A DNA stretch of 64,000 nucleotides, taken from NCBI GenBank assembly GCA_046760505.1, contig JBHIEG010000010.1, forward strand, positions 163 through 64,162, read 5' to 3'. The position numbers and the translations under genes were made by a program. Positions 1 to 8,873 of this stretch are shown here, one piece after another (position 1 is the first letter of the stretch; every line of letters starts with the position of its first letter). The stretch is from Candidatus Hydrothermarchaeota archaeon (GTDB lineage: Archaea > CAYFZR01). The notes below the pieces were generated by a model. The model saw only the letters and a list, made by a program, of their open reading frames with translations, was not told the DNA's origin and made no database searches.

Positions 1-28
1 ATCCCGGGTTCAAATCCCGGCGGGTCCG
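1..28 (+). tRNA. 3' end of a tRNA truncated by the window edge (possibly tRNA-Arg)
   Basis: T-arm CCGGG-TTCAAAT-CCCGG followed by acceptor 3' strand CGGGTCC and discriminator G; anticodon lies outside the window so identity is a guess. Confidence 0.8.
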
Positions 29-83
29 CTAACAAGATATTTAAAGTACGGACACGCTCTCGTTGATTAAACTCCTTATGAAT

Positions 84-863
84 TCACTTTCCAACTGGAC
101 AAGAAGCCATGCATTCAAAGCAATTGTTGAAATTTCCTATCAACAGATTCTGCCAGAGTTCCCACAGGGTAGGACTCCCAATATGGGCCTTGAGCTCTTC
201 ATCTTCCATACCAATGGCTTTCATTCCAAACCTTATCACTCCTGGCAGCCCGTACTGAAGTGATACTCTCATGCATTTTCTCAGATCCAATGATCCGTCT
301 TCTCCTATGGCTTTCGCGGGACAGTTCTTGACACATTCCATGCATTCTGTGCAAACCTTTTCTTTCATGGGTTCATCAGGCTTTAAATCAGCGTCTGTCA
401 AAATACTGCCTATACGAAGGCGGGGACCGAATTCAGGAGAGATAAACAGTCTGTTTATTCCTATGTTGCCCAAACCAGCTGCTGTAGCAGCACACTTATG
501 ATTTACTTCCCCAAAAAGTCCCTTTTTTTCAGGACTAAAATCTACAGGCATGTTGGGAGGTATGGACACCGCTTTGTATCCTCTATCTTTAAGGTACAGG
601 ACAGTTCGGTACATTATAAGATCTAGCTCTTCGTACGCGCAGATAGTGTCGTACTGGGCGATTTTAATATTTCTGGATGATATTGCATCACCGTTTAATC
701 TTTTAGCAACTACGATCAAAGATTTGCAGCTTGGGAGTACGGCGAGTATGCTCGATCTGTTCTCCTTTAGATATTCTGATTCCGCTGAAGCGATTCCTAC
801 TAAGTCAGCACCCTGAGACTTCACGTATTCTTTTATTTCGGTTTCTACAGACAAAACAACCAC
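84..863 (-). CDS. Epoxyqueuosine reductase/reductive dehalogenase-like 4Fe-4S protein
   Basis: GADLVGIA, HKCAATAAGLG-IG, PEFGPRLR motifs; CTECMECVKNCP and CFECMASCP clusters. Confidence 0.8.
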   Translation of the reverse strand: MVVLSVETEIKEYVKSQGADLVGIASAESEYLKENRSSILAVLPSCKSLIVVAKRLNGDAISSRNIKIAQYDTICAYEELDLIMYRTVLYLKDRGYKAVSIPPNMPVDFSPEKKGLFGEVNHKCAATAAGLGNIGINRLFISPEFGPRLRIGSILTDADLKPDEPMKEKVCTECMECVKNCPAKAIGEDGSLDLRKCMRVSLQYGLPGVIRFGMKAIGMEDEELKAHIGSPTLWELWQNLLIGNFNNCFECMASCPVGK

Positions 864-937
864 CTCAGAATCGTAAGAAGTAAAGAAAAATTTATTTATA
901 GATAATCTTTAAATCTTTAAAGAATTATAAATTTTTC

Positions 938-1852
938 ATGGAAATCGAAAAAAGGAAAATTCAGAAAATAGCCGGCTCATATCTAATAACGTTGCCTAAG
1001 AGCTGGGTCAACCAATACAATTTGAAGAAGGGCTCTGAGGTATGGATCAGATTTGAAAACGATGGAAATCTGAAGATTTTACCACGGATTGAGGAATTAA
1101 GCAAAAAAGAGTGGTCAAAAATAAAATACGACAGGTATATAATCCGAAAAATTTCAAGAGAATATTTATTCGCGTCTGATGTCATAGAAATAGTCTCAGA
1201 ACGGGATATAGGTCGTAAGGAAAGAGAAGAAATCGCTGATTTCTTGAAAAAACTGATGAATATTGAAATAATTGAAGAAGATTCCAAAAGGATAGTGATA
1301 GAAAATTTCGGTTACAGAAGAATGCCCATGGTACAAGCATTAAGGAGAATGTACTTGCTCACCAACAACATGCTGGACGATTTGATCCAAAAAAACAAAG
1401 AAGGGCTGGAGAATATGGATGAAAGGGACAACATTGTAGATAAGTTTTACTTTATGATTGTGATGCACACCAGAACTTATTTAGAACAGGGCTTATACAC
1501 GCTTCCGGAAAAGGAACTTACTTTATTGAGATGTCTGGATTTTAGACTTGCCTCCGAAAAAATAGAGAGAATAGGGGATTTGTTGAAAAAAAGCGCTGAA
1601 CTTTACGAACAAATTGATGACGAGATCCTGAACGTTTTGATCGAAATAAAGGAAGAGTATAAAAAAGCCTTTTTTTCATTCCTGTCTGAGGACTTCAATA
1701 AGGCATGCGAACTTTGGGACAAAAAGGAGGGGATTAGAAAGAAGTTGATAGAACTGGAAGAGAGATTTGAAAACGTTGAGAAGTTAAAATTGATTCAAAA
1801 TATTTCTCAGGTATACGAACACATAGTAGACATAGCCGATCTTGTGAGATGA
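938..1852 (+). CDS. Phosphate uptake regulator (AbrB N-domain plus PhoU domains)
   Basis: N-terminal RKIQ..GSYLITLPKSWV AbrB motif; PhoU EKIERIGD motif. Confidence 0.85.
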   Translation: MEIEKRKIQKIAGSYLITLPKSWVNQYNLKKGSEVWIRFENDGNLKILPRIEELSKKEWSKIKYDRYIIRKISREYLFASDVIEIVSERDIGRKEREEIADFLKKLMNIEIIEEDSKRIVIENFGYRRMPMVQALRRMYLLTNNMLDDLIQKNKEGLENMDERDNIVDKFYFMIVMHTRTYLEQGLYTLPEKELTLLRCLDFRLASEKIERIGDLLKKSAELYEQIDDEILNVLIEIKEEYKKAFFSFLSEDFNKACELWDKKEGIRKKLIELEERFENVEKLKLIQNISQVYEHIVDIADLVR

Positions 1853-1936
1853 GGTTATCCAGAGTTATCTAGGTGTTTTTTTAAATTCTAAAAGGCTTTC
1901 TTTCCCCTAGATAAAGGAGAGTTGGAAAAGGAGTGA

Positions 1937-2866
1937 TCAGTACTTACAATCCCTGGATGCGAACTCAGATTTCTCCATGTGAGTTTTAAATTTTGTGATC
2001 AGGGATTCCAGTTCCCTTTTTTCTTTTTCATATTTTTCTTTATCGATGTTGCCCATCAGAAAACTGGCTTCCAATGTTTCAAGGTCTATTTCAAGTTTGT
2101 TTAATTCTTTTTTTGCATCCTCGTACACGTTGTAAATCCTGTTTTTTTCTTCTTCAAGATCGACCTTTTTCTTTCTTAATTCAAAGCCAATGTTCTCATA
2201 TGCAATCTTGCTTATCTCTCCTGATCGGTATTTTTCATCCAGTTCCTTAATTTTTTGCTCAGTATCCCTGAGTTTTCTGTTAATATCCGGAAATTTCTTC
2301 TCTGCAATTTCCAATTCTGAGAGAAGTTGATGAACAGGACTGACTGCCTCTTGGATAGCCTCCTGAGGTTTTGAGACTTCTTTCAATACCTCTTCTTTTG
2401 GCCTTCTGTAATAACTCCTCCCCAAAAAGAAGCCAAAAATCAGGAAAATACTCAGTATACCCAGAAAAATCAAAATTTTTGAGAATTGACTCTTTTTCTC
2501 AGGGTATACGCTAAATTTAAAAATCTTTCTTTCCAGAGTCCTGCCGTTCTCATCCTTTAAAATCGCCAGAATTAAGTATTCTCCTGGAGGGATTATTTTA
2601 AGCCTAGATTCCTGATTTGATGAGTAAAAGAATTCTTCATGTTTCCCATTCACCGTATATTTTTTTAGGGGGATTGTGTTTCCATTTCTCATAAGGGCTA
2701 AAATTAAAACTCCTTTCTTGACATTCAAAGGCATGTCTACAGAAACTTTTACGTTTATCGGCTCTCCCACCACGTAACTTTTTTTGTCAAACTTGATGTC
2801 AATAGATCCTGAAAAAATGGTTAGAAGAAAAATTAAAAGGAAAAAAGTTCTTTTCAAGTCATTCAC
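1937..2866 (-). CDS. Membrane-anchored protein: signal peptide, Ig-like ectodomain, TM helix, cytoplasmic coiled coil with CdvA/SHOCT-like repeats
   Basis: Hydrophobic N-terminus; TM ILIFLGILSIFLIFGFFLG; two repeats YRSGEISKIAY and FLMGNIDKEKY; overlaps the upstream KaiC-like gene. Confidence 0.6.
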   Translation of the reverse strand: MNDLKRTFFLLIFLLTIFSGSIDIKFDKKSYVVGEPINVKVSVDMPLNVKKGVLILALMRNGNTIPLKKYTVNGKHEEFFYSSNQESRLKIIPPGEYLILAILKDENGRTLERKIFKFSVYPEKKSQFSKILIFLGILSIFLIFGFFLGRSYYRRPKEEVLKEVSKPQEAIQEAVSPVHQLLSELEIAEKKFPDINRKLRDTEQKIKELDEKYRSGEISKIAYENIGFELRKKKVDLEEEKNRIYNVYEDAKKELNKLEIDLETLEASFLMGNIDKEKYEKEKRELESLITKFKTHMEKSEFASRDCKY

Positions 2867-3764
2867 CCTGAATCTTTTTCATAAATCTCTCCCTGAATCC
2901 CCTTGCCTCTATGATGGCAGCGGCTATACCTTCTTCGTCTAATTTTGTATTGGGCAAAAGAGGTTCATCTTCTTTTATCACAAGTCCTCTCTCGGTCAAA
3001 TCGTATTCATATAAGCGATCATCGTGTTTGGTTCTTCTCATTTTCCTTACCTGGATGGTTTTCACCACTCTGCCTAAGGGCTCGCTGCTCGCTTTCGTTT
3101 TTTCTTCCATTTTTATTGCATATCTAAGAGCAATGACCCCGCTTACCGCAAAATCTTCGAATCCATAGTAACTTACTCTACTCGTACCCTCTTCGACTCT
3201 TCCTGTTAGAATCGTGGTGCATCCAAATTTCGATAGAGTGTGCACAACGTCTCTGAATTGCCTTTCTCTTCTCTTTTTGTCGAGAAATAGATCTATTAAA
3301 ACGGTAGAAGAGTCTATTACAAGCCTCTCTGCCCCGATCTCCTCAACCGCTATTTTCAAAAACTTTAGAATTTCTTCTATGCCCAGTTCTGTTTTTAGCG
3401 AGTGTCTTATGGATAGATCCAAAAAAAGAACCTTGTATTCTCTCATTTGTTTTAGGAGATCCCATCCGAACTGCCTAGATGCCAGTATCATTTCTATGGG
3501 AGAATCCTCAAATGTTACGAATACGCCAGGCTCATCGTAGACCGCTGCTCCCTTGTACAAGAATTGAAGTCCGAATGTTGTTTTTCCGGTTCCTGCTGGT
3601 CCTGATACCAAAGTTATAGACTTCTGGGGTAAGCCCCCCATTAGAATATTGTCAAGACCCTCGATTCCTGTCTTAACCCTCTTATCTGCTTCCCCACTTC
3701 TAATTGATTCATCAACCATATCGGCTAGAATACTCGGCTTCACAACTATGCTCATTAACTTCAC
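2859..3764 (-). CDS. KaiC/RAD55-family single-domain ATPase
   Basis: RVKTGIEGLD, Walker A GPAGTGKT, RLVIDS, VRKMR. Confidence 0.9.
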   Translation of the reverse strand: MKLMSIVVKPSILADMVDESIRSGEADKRVKTGIEGLDNILMGGLPQKSITLVSGPAGTGKTTFGLQFLYKGAAVYDEPGVFVTFEDSPIEMILASRQFGWDLLKQMREYKVLFLDLSIRHSLKTELGIEEILKFLKIAVEEIGAERLVIDSSTVLIDLFLDKKRRERQFRDVVHTLSKFGCTTILTGRVEEGTSRVSYYGFEDFAVSGVIALRYAIKMEEKTKASSEPLGRVVKTIQVRKMRRTKHDDRLYEYDLTERGLVIKEDEPLLPNTKLDEEGIAAAIIEARGFRERFMKKIQGE

Positions 3765-3854
3765 CTGTTTCTTTTATTTTTTCTTTGAATCTTAAAATAA
3801 TTATCTGTAGATTTTTGATTTAAAATTGAAAATCTTCCGCGACCAATAGAGGAA

Positions 3855-4379
3855 TCATCTTTTAAATTTCCATTCGCACCAATAACTCGCAGGTTTTGAA
3901 CCTAGCGGGCATAACAGACATTCACAACCCAAATTAGGGTCGATTTCATTTATAAAAGCAGAGAAATATGCTTCTGTAACTCCTTTACATTCAAATACTT
4001 TTCTTCCGCTTTTAAGCCGTTCTTCCTGCGGTCTACAACGTAAAACTTTCAAGTTCAATTGATCTTTTTCTCTTTTTATCTCGTATTCATCTGGAGTCAG
4101 CCAACTGATAAATGGAATCATTTTCTCAAGTAGGTTAATTGAGTGGGATTCTTTGAGATTGATTGCCTGTTTTATCCTGCGCGCCTCTACCTTACCCATG
4201 ATCTTCCAGACTTCACGGTCTATCCTCGTGCTCTCATCCAATCCGTGAGCATCCTCTACGAATAAAAACCAGAGACCGTCCACCGTATTAATGTTCTTGT
4301 ACAAAACTCTGACGAGTTCTTCAAGCGATTCTCTACCTAGATTTTTTATTATTTTGTCGATTCTCATTTTATCGATCAT
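3855..4379 (-). CDS. DUF6125-like / V4R-related Cys-rich small-ligand-binding protein
   Basis: DGLWFL..E...G, CRPQEER, FECK, CECLLCP, WCEWKF pattern. Confidence 0.65.
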   Translation of the reverse strand: MIDKMRIDKIIKNLGRESLEELVRVLYKNINTVDGLWFLFVEDAHGLDESTRIDREVWKIMGKVEARRIKQAINLKESHSINLLEKMIPFISWLTPDEYEIKREKDQLNLKVLRCRPQEERLKSGRKVFECKGVTEAYFSAFINEIDPNLGCECLLCPLGSKPASYWCEWKFKR

Positions 4380-4625
4380 CCATGAATCTAGAAAGATACC
4401 AATATTTAAATCAAACTTATCACGCCGTATCCGATCTCAGATTGTGCATGGTTTTTCACAAAATCATCTGACGTTCAATCTTGTTTGATGAATAGATCGG
4501 TAAATATCTATTGATCGAAAAAAATATATATTAAAATGCAATAATTGTTGATATAAGCGTTTAGAATGCAAATAGATGTTTAAAATAATAAAAATGCTTA
4601 GAAATAATCACATAAATGATTCAAC

Positions 4626-6020
4626 ATGATTCCACAACCCATACCTAACGAAATTTTGGAGGCCTTCCGAAGGTATAAAGGATATCCACTACTGGTAAAA
4701 GGCGCTCCGGGCACTGGAAAAACCATATTTTCCCTTGAACTGCTGAATGAATTAAGCAAAGAGGGAGACAGCATTTACCTGTCAACAAGAACTTCCATAA
4801 AAGACTTATACAATCAATTTCCTTGGCTAGAGGGAGTATTATTTGAGGAAAATATACTGGATGCTTCCAAGAGTTATACCCTCCGAACGAAAGACCCAAC
4901 CAAGGCAATATACTACGGTTCAAAGCCAGAATTTTTGCAAGCAGTATATGAGAAGGTGGACGAACTTAAGAAGCCTGCCACACTAGTTATAGACAGCTGG
5001 GACGCAGTGGTACATACAGCCAAAGAGGGAGATGAGGAAGAAATCATAAATACCCTAATTGATCTCGCCAAAGAGAACGGTACGAATATTGTTTTAATTG
5101 TAGAAGAGAGAAAACATACCTCGCTTGAATATCTTGTTGACGGCGTTATTACGCTTACCGAAGAGCGCATTAACGATTTATGCGTAAGAAAGATTCATTT
5201 GAACAAACTAAGGGGAATTAAAAGAAGGCAGCCTTTCTACTTATTTACGCTGAGCAACGGTAGATTTCAATATTTCGAGCCCTTTAAGGTTAAGAGACCC
5301 AAGGAACCAAAGATATTTGAGCCGATTCCTGATAAAGAAAGGTACTTTTCCACTGGTAGTGAAGATCTCGACGAATTACTTGAAGGTGGCTATCGCAAGG
5401 GAAGTTTTGTACTGATAGAGGTCGAAGAGGGATCTTTACTTGGATTATCCTATCTCGTTGGCGCTACAATAAAGAACTTCGTAACTCAGAAAAGAGGAGA
5501 CGTAGGATTTACCGTCGCAGGATCGGATGCAGAGGTATTGAAGAGAATTATGGTTCCTTACGTGGGAGAAGAGAACTTTGATTCTTACGTCAGAATTCTT
5601 GAGAAGGATCCCCGGGTCTCTAAACCCTATGTAGTTCCAATAAAAGGAGAATCTTTGAAAGAAGATTTTAATAAACTCTCAGAAGTTGTCTCCGAAATTG
5701 GTGAAAAAAGGGGAGAGCCAGTACTGATCATACTGGGATTCGATAATATTGAGTACATGTATGGACCAGAAAACATGGTAGAGCCAATAGCCCACCTCAT
5801 CGCCTATGAGAGAAAGAGGTTCAACCTATGCATAGGATTGCTCAAGCCCGGTCTCTCAGTTGCCCAACAGGTAGCGAATATGGCCAACGTACACCTCAAG
5901 ATAACTCAAATAGGTGGGGCTTTTTGTCTATACGGTATCAGACCAACTTCAGGACTTTATAACCTCGATGTAGATGTTTCAATGGGCTATCCAAAAATAA
6001 AGCTGATACCAATTGTTTAA
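4626..6020 (+). CDS. GvpD-like double-domain KaiC-superfamily ATPase (C-terminal domain degenerate)
   Basis: LLVKGAPGTGKT, VIDSWD, LEYLVDGV, KLRG; second domain FSTGSEDLDELLEGG lacks a Walker A. Confidence 0.8.
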   Translation: MIPQPIPNEILEAFRRYKGYPLLVKGAPGTGKTIFSLELLNELSKEGDSIYLSTRTSIKDLYNQFPWLEGVLFEENILDASKSYTLRTKDPTKAIYYGSKPEFLQAVYEKVDELKKPATLVIDSWDAVVHTAKEGDEEEIINTLIDLAKENGTNIVLIVEERKHTSLEYLVDGVITLTEERINDLCVRKIHLNKLRGIKRRQPFYLFTLSNGRFQYFEPFKVKRPKEPKIFEPIPDKERYFSTGSEDLDELLEGGYRKGSFVLIEVEEGSLLGLSYLVGATIKNFVTQKRGDVGFTVAGSDAEVLKRIMVPYVGEENFDSYVRILEKDPRVSKPYVVPIKGESLKEDFNKLSEVVSEIGEKRGEPVLIILGFDNIEYMYGPENMVEPIAHLIAYERKRFNLCIGLLKPGLSVAQQVANMANVHLKITQIGGAFCLYGIRPTSGLYNLDVDVSMGYPKIKLIPIV

Positions 6021-6139
6021 AATCCTGCATATAATCTTCTAATGATTATTTCATAATGAAATCATTCTGCGTCGGACAAAAAACACGCAAACAGTAAAAT
6101 TCATAAAATTTTTTTGCGATATGAGTAGTTTGAGGAAAA

Positions 6140-6240
6140 AATAATAAAAAGTAACCCTCATATTAAAAATGAGGGTGTCCCCCAAGTGTCCTTCGCCATT
6201 CCCACCTCCCCACCCACCTAATTTTTGACACCCTCAACCT
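6140..6240 (-). ncRNA. Candidate structured sRNA / leader with a 13-codon sORF (6199-6158)
   Basis: GC-rich island in an AT-rich spacer; inverted repeats 6170-6179/6227-6236 and 6154-6161/6169-6176; T-run downstream on the minus strand. Confidence 0.4.
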
Positions 6241-6339
6241 CTTTTTTGTATTCTTCTACAATCTTAAATTATGCAATTTTCCTTAATTTTACAGGGAAAA
6301 AATTCCGGTGGAAAAACTAGAAGTCATTCAAGTCATTTT

Positions 6340-6417
6340 TAGTTAGTAATTATTAAATAATTAGTTAATAATTTTAGTTATTTTAATTCTAGTTATAATT
6401 CTAGTTAATTTTAGTAA
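6340..6417. repeat. AT-rich low-complexity tract with repeated TAGTTA
   Basis: TAGTTA at 6340, 6362, 6375, 6390, 6402; TAGTAA at 6344 and 6412. Confidence 0.6.
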
Positions 6418-6800
6418 ACCTTTTCTTTTCTGAGCCTCTCTTGAAGTTTTTTCATGAGGGTGGATGTTCTCTTAACCTTGACAACTAAGGTATCGGCATC
6501 CCTCATAAACTTCATTTTGCCTTCACTAATCTCTATGTCATCTCCGAACATTTCGCAAAGCGTATCAATGACGAAGTATTTGTCTGCACCGCCTACATGC
6601 ATGCCTCCAGTATTTGGATTGTAGTAGACCTCTGAATTTAAATTGTTCACCATTATGGAGTTTTTAACGACGTCTGTCAGAGCTTTCGTTAAAATCTTCC
6701 TTGAGTGGACCTTCGAGGCTAAAAATGAACTGAAATCTTCATTTTCTATTTCGTTTTCTATTAAATCACTTTCTTTATACATACCGCATCCTTCCGCCAA
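6411..6800 (-). CDS. Hypothetical protein divergent from ftsZ
   Basis: 129-aa ORF with protein-like composition; likely start is ATG at 6782; no family recognised. Confidence 0.65.
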   Translation of the reverse strand: MAEGCGMYKESDLIENEIENEDFSSFLASKVHSRKILTKALTDVVKNSIMVNNLNSEVYYNPNTGGMHVGGADKYFVIDTLCEMFGDDIEISEGKMKFMRDADTLVVKVKRTSTLMKKLQERLRKEKVY

Positions 6801-6841
6801 TTAAGTTAGAAAAACACCTATATAAATATGTTTAAGACATT

Positions 6842-6971
6842 CGTCAGACGTAGCGCTCCCTTGTTGAAGATAGAGGGAAATGCTCAATTTAAGGAATAAA
6901 AAAACTTTATATAGAAGTTATTTCTTTAATTAGAATAAGAATAGAGGAAATGTCTGATATATGTCTGACAT
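6842..6971. promoter_or_regulatory. ftsZ promoter region with GTC-W-GAC palindromic boxes
   Basis: CGTCAGACG 6842-6850, TGTCTGATA 6951-6959, ATGTCTGACAT 6961-6971; TATA-like TTTATATA near 6906. Confidence 0.6.
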
Positions 6972-6992
6972 AAAAGAAGGATAGGTGAAAAT

Positions 6993-8054
6993 ATGTCTGT
7001 TCCGATGATTTCTACTCAAACATTTCGTTTACAGGACTCTGAGTTTGACAGCGAACTCAGAGATATAGTTGCCCAATCAAGGACCAATATCATCGTAATC
7101 GGTTTAGGCGGCGCCGGATGTAATACGGTAAACAGGTTAAAAGAAGTGGGTATATCCGGAGCAAAAACGGTTGCCTTAAATACGGATGCCCAATCTTTAT
7201 ACTACACCAGAGCCGATGTCAAGATACTGGCGGGCAGAAACAGCACGAAAGGAAGAGGTGCGGGCGGAGATCCTGAACTGGGATACCAAGCCGCACAGGA
7301 AAACATTGAGGATCTTAAGAGTGTGATGATGGGCGCAGATTTGGTTTTCATAACTCTCGGTCTAGGAGGAGGCACAGGAACAGGTTCAGCACCTTTGGTT
7401 GCAAAGATCTCAAAAAAGATGGGCGCAATAACAATAGGAGTTGTTACCCTTCCCTTTAGAAATGAGGGAATCGTAAGATCGAAGAAGGCAATGGAAGGTC
7501 TAGAAAAACTTCAAAAGGAAGCAGACAATGTAATAGTTATATCAAACGATAAATTATTGAATTTAGCACCTGATTTACCATTAAAAAGCGCCTTTAAGCT
7601 CACAGATGAAGTATTGACTTTGTTCTTAAAAAGCCTGACCGAAATGATACTAAAACCCGGGCTAGTTAACTTAGACTTCGCAGATGTTAGGTCAATACTC
7701 CAAAATGAGAAACTAGCGATGCTGGGAGTTGGCGAAGCCTATGGAAAAGATAGGGTACTTCATGCTATAAAATCTGCCCTTGAGAATCCTCTCCTGGACC
7801 TAGAGGTAAAAAGAGCAAAGAAAGCCCTTATTCACATAACAGCCGGCTCTGAAATAAAAATAGATGAAATAAAAGATGGCATTTCTTTTGTTCAGTCCAT
7901 TGTGGGAGAAGATGCCCATATAATCTGGGGTCTCCAAGTGGATGAAGATTTGAAAGACACGGTAAGGGTTATGATAATTTTAACAGGTATGGACAGAAAA
8001 GTTGAAGTGCACAGAGAATTGAGTGAGGAACTTGGATTAGTTGTTTATGGGTGA
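6993..8054 (+). CDS. ftsZ: Cell division protein FtsZ
   Basis: GLGGAGCN, NTDAQ, GAGGDPELG, GLGGGTGTG, PFRNEG, T7 loop NLDFADV. Confidence 0.95.
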   Translation: MSVPMISTQTFRLQDSEFDSELRDIVAQSRTNIIVIGLGGAGCNTVNRLKEVGISGAKTVALNTDAQSLYYTRADVKILAGRNSTKGRGAGGDPELGYQAAQENIEDLKSVMMGADLVFITLGLGGGTGTGSAPLVAKISKKMGAITIGVVTLPFRNEGIVRSKKAMEGLEKLQKEADNVIVISNDKLLNLAPDLPLKSAFKLTDEVLTLFLKSLTEMILKPGLVNLDFADVRSILQNEKLAMLGVGEAYGKDRVLHAIKSALENPLLDLEVKRAKKALIHITAGSEIKIDEIKDGISFVQSIVGEDAHIIWGLQVDEDLKDTVRVMIILTGMDRKVEVHRELSEELGLVVYG

Positions 8055-8058
8055 TTTT

Positions 8059-8556
8059 ATGAGGAAAAAAGACAAGACAAAAATGAATAGAGTCAAATTT
8101 CTGATTACAGGATCCTATAACTCGGGAAAGACAACCGTGATGGAAAGTTTAATTGGAAACATAGTGAAGGTAGAATATAACGGTACCACGGTTGCTTTAG
8201 ACTATGGGAAACTAAAAGTCAATAGCAAAGAAGTACATTTGTTTGGTACGCCGGGACAGGAAAGATTTAAGTTTATGCGTGACATACTAAGTAAAGGTAT
8301 AGATGGTGGGGTACTGGTAGTTGACAGCACCTTGCCCATAACCAAGCATGACCAAGAAATAATAAGGGAATTTAGATCAGCAAAAATTCCCTTCGTGGTA
8401 TTTGCAAACAAAAGAGATCTACCAGATGCCCTGCCTCTCCAAGAATTTGACGTAGGAGTCCCTGTGATACCCACAATCGCAAAAAGTGGGGAAAATCTGC
8501 ATAAAGGAATTGAAATCCTACTTGAGATGAGAATCAGAGGAGGGTTCCGAAATTAA
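8059..8556 (+). CDS. Small MglA/Ras-like GTPase
   Basis: G1 GSYNSGKT, TTVALDYG, G3 GTPGQERF, G4 NKRD; SD GGTGA before ATG 8059. Confidence 0.85.
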   Translation: MRKKDKTKMNRVKFLITGSYNSGKTTVMESLIGNIVKVEYNGTTVALDYGKLKVNSKEVHLFGTPGQERFKFMRDILSKGIDGGVLVVDSTLPITKHDQEIIREFRSAKIPFVVFANKRDLPDALPLQEFDVGVPVIPTIAKSGENLHKGIEILLEMRIRGGFRN

Positions 8557-8740
8557 TCAGGTTAAATTAACTCACGTTGAGACCAAAGTTCTGGAATTCG
8601 TTAAAAGAGGAGAGTTTAAGAATATAACACAGTGTGCTCAGACCTTAAAGTACCCGGTGGTAACCATTCTTGAAACCTTAAAGTCTCTGGAAAAGAAGGG
8701 CTTAATAGAGAAAGTGGATATAAAGACGGGTAAAAGCTAA
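8552..8740 (+). CDS. Small winged-helix protein, absent from the ORF track (putative ATT start)
   Basis: Manual translation INQVKLTHVETKVLEFVKRGEFKNITQCAQTLKYPVVTILETLKSLEKKGLIEKVDIKTGKS*; GGAGGGT SD just upstream. Confidence 0.6.
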   Translation: MNQVKLTHVETKVLEFVKRGEFKNITQCAQTLKYPVVTILETLKSLEKKGLIEKVDIKTGKS

Positions 8741-8873
8741 TCTTTTTTATCGATCCATAGAGTTCATTTGTTTTTCAGTTCCATTATCAAAACTGGCAAT
8801 ACTTGCCGCATCCAATTATTTATTAGTAATTATTTTATAAGAAAGTAATCTACCTTCTTTAGGGGTAACCGAT

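Noticed and set aside
4626-6020. Gas vesicle cluster
   Set aside because: Only a GvpD-like ATPase; no gvpA or other structural gvp genes in the window
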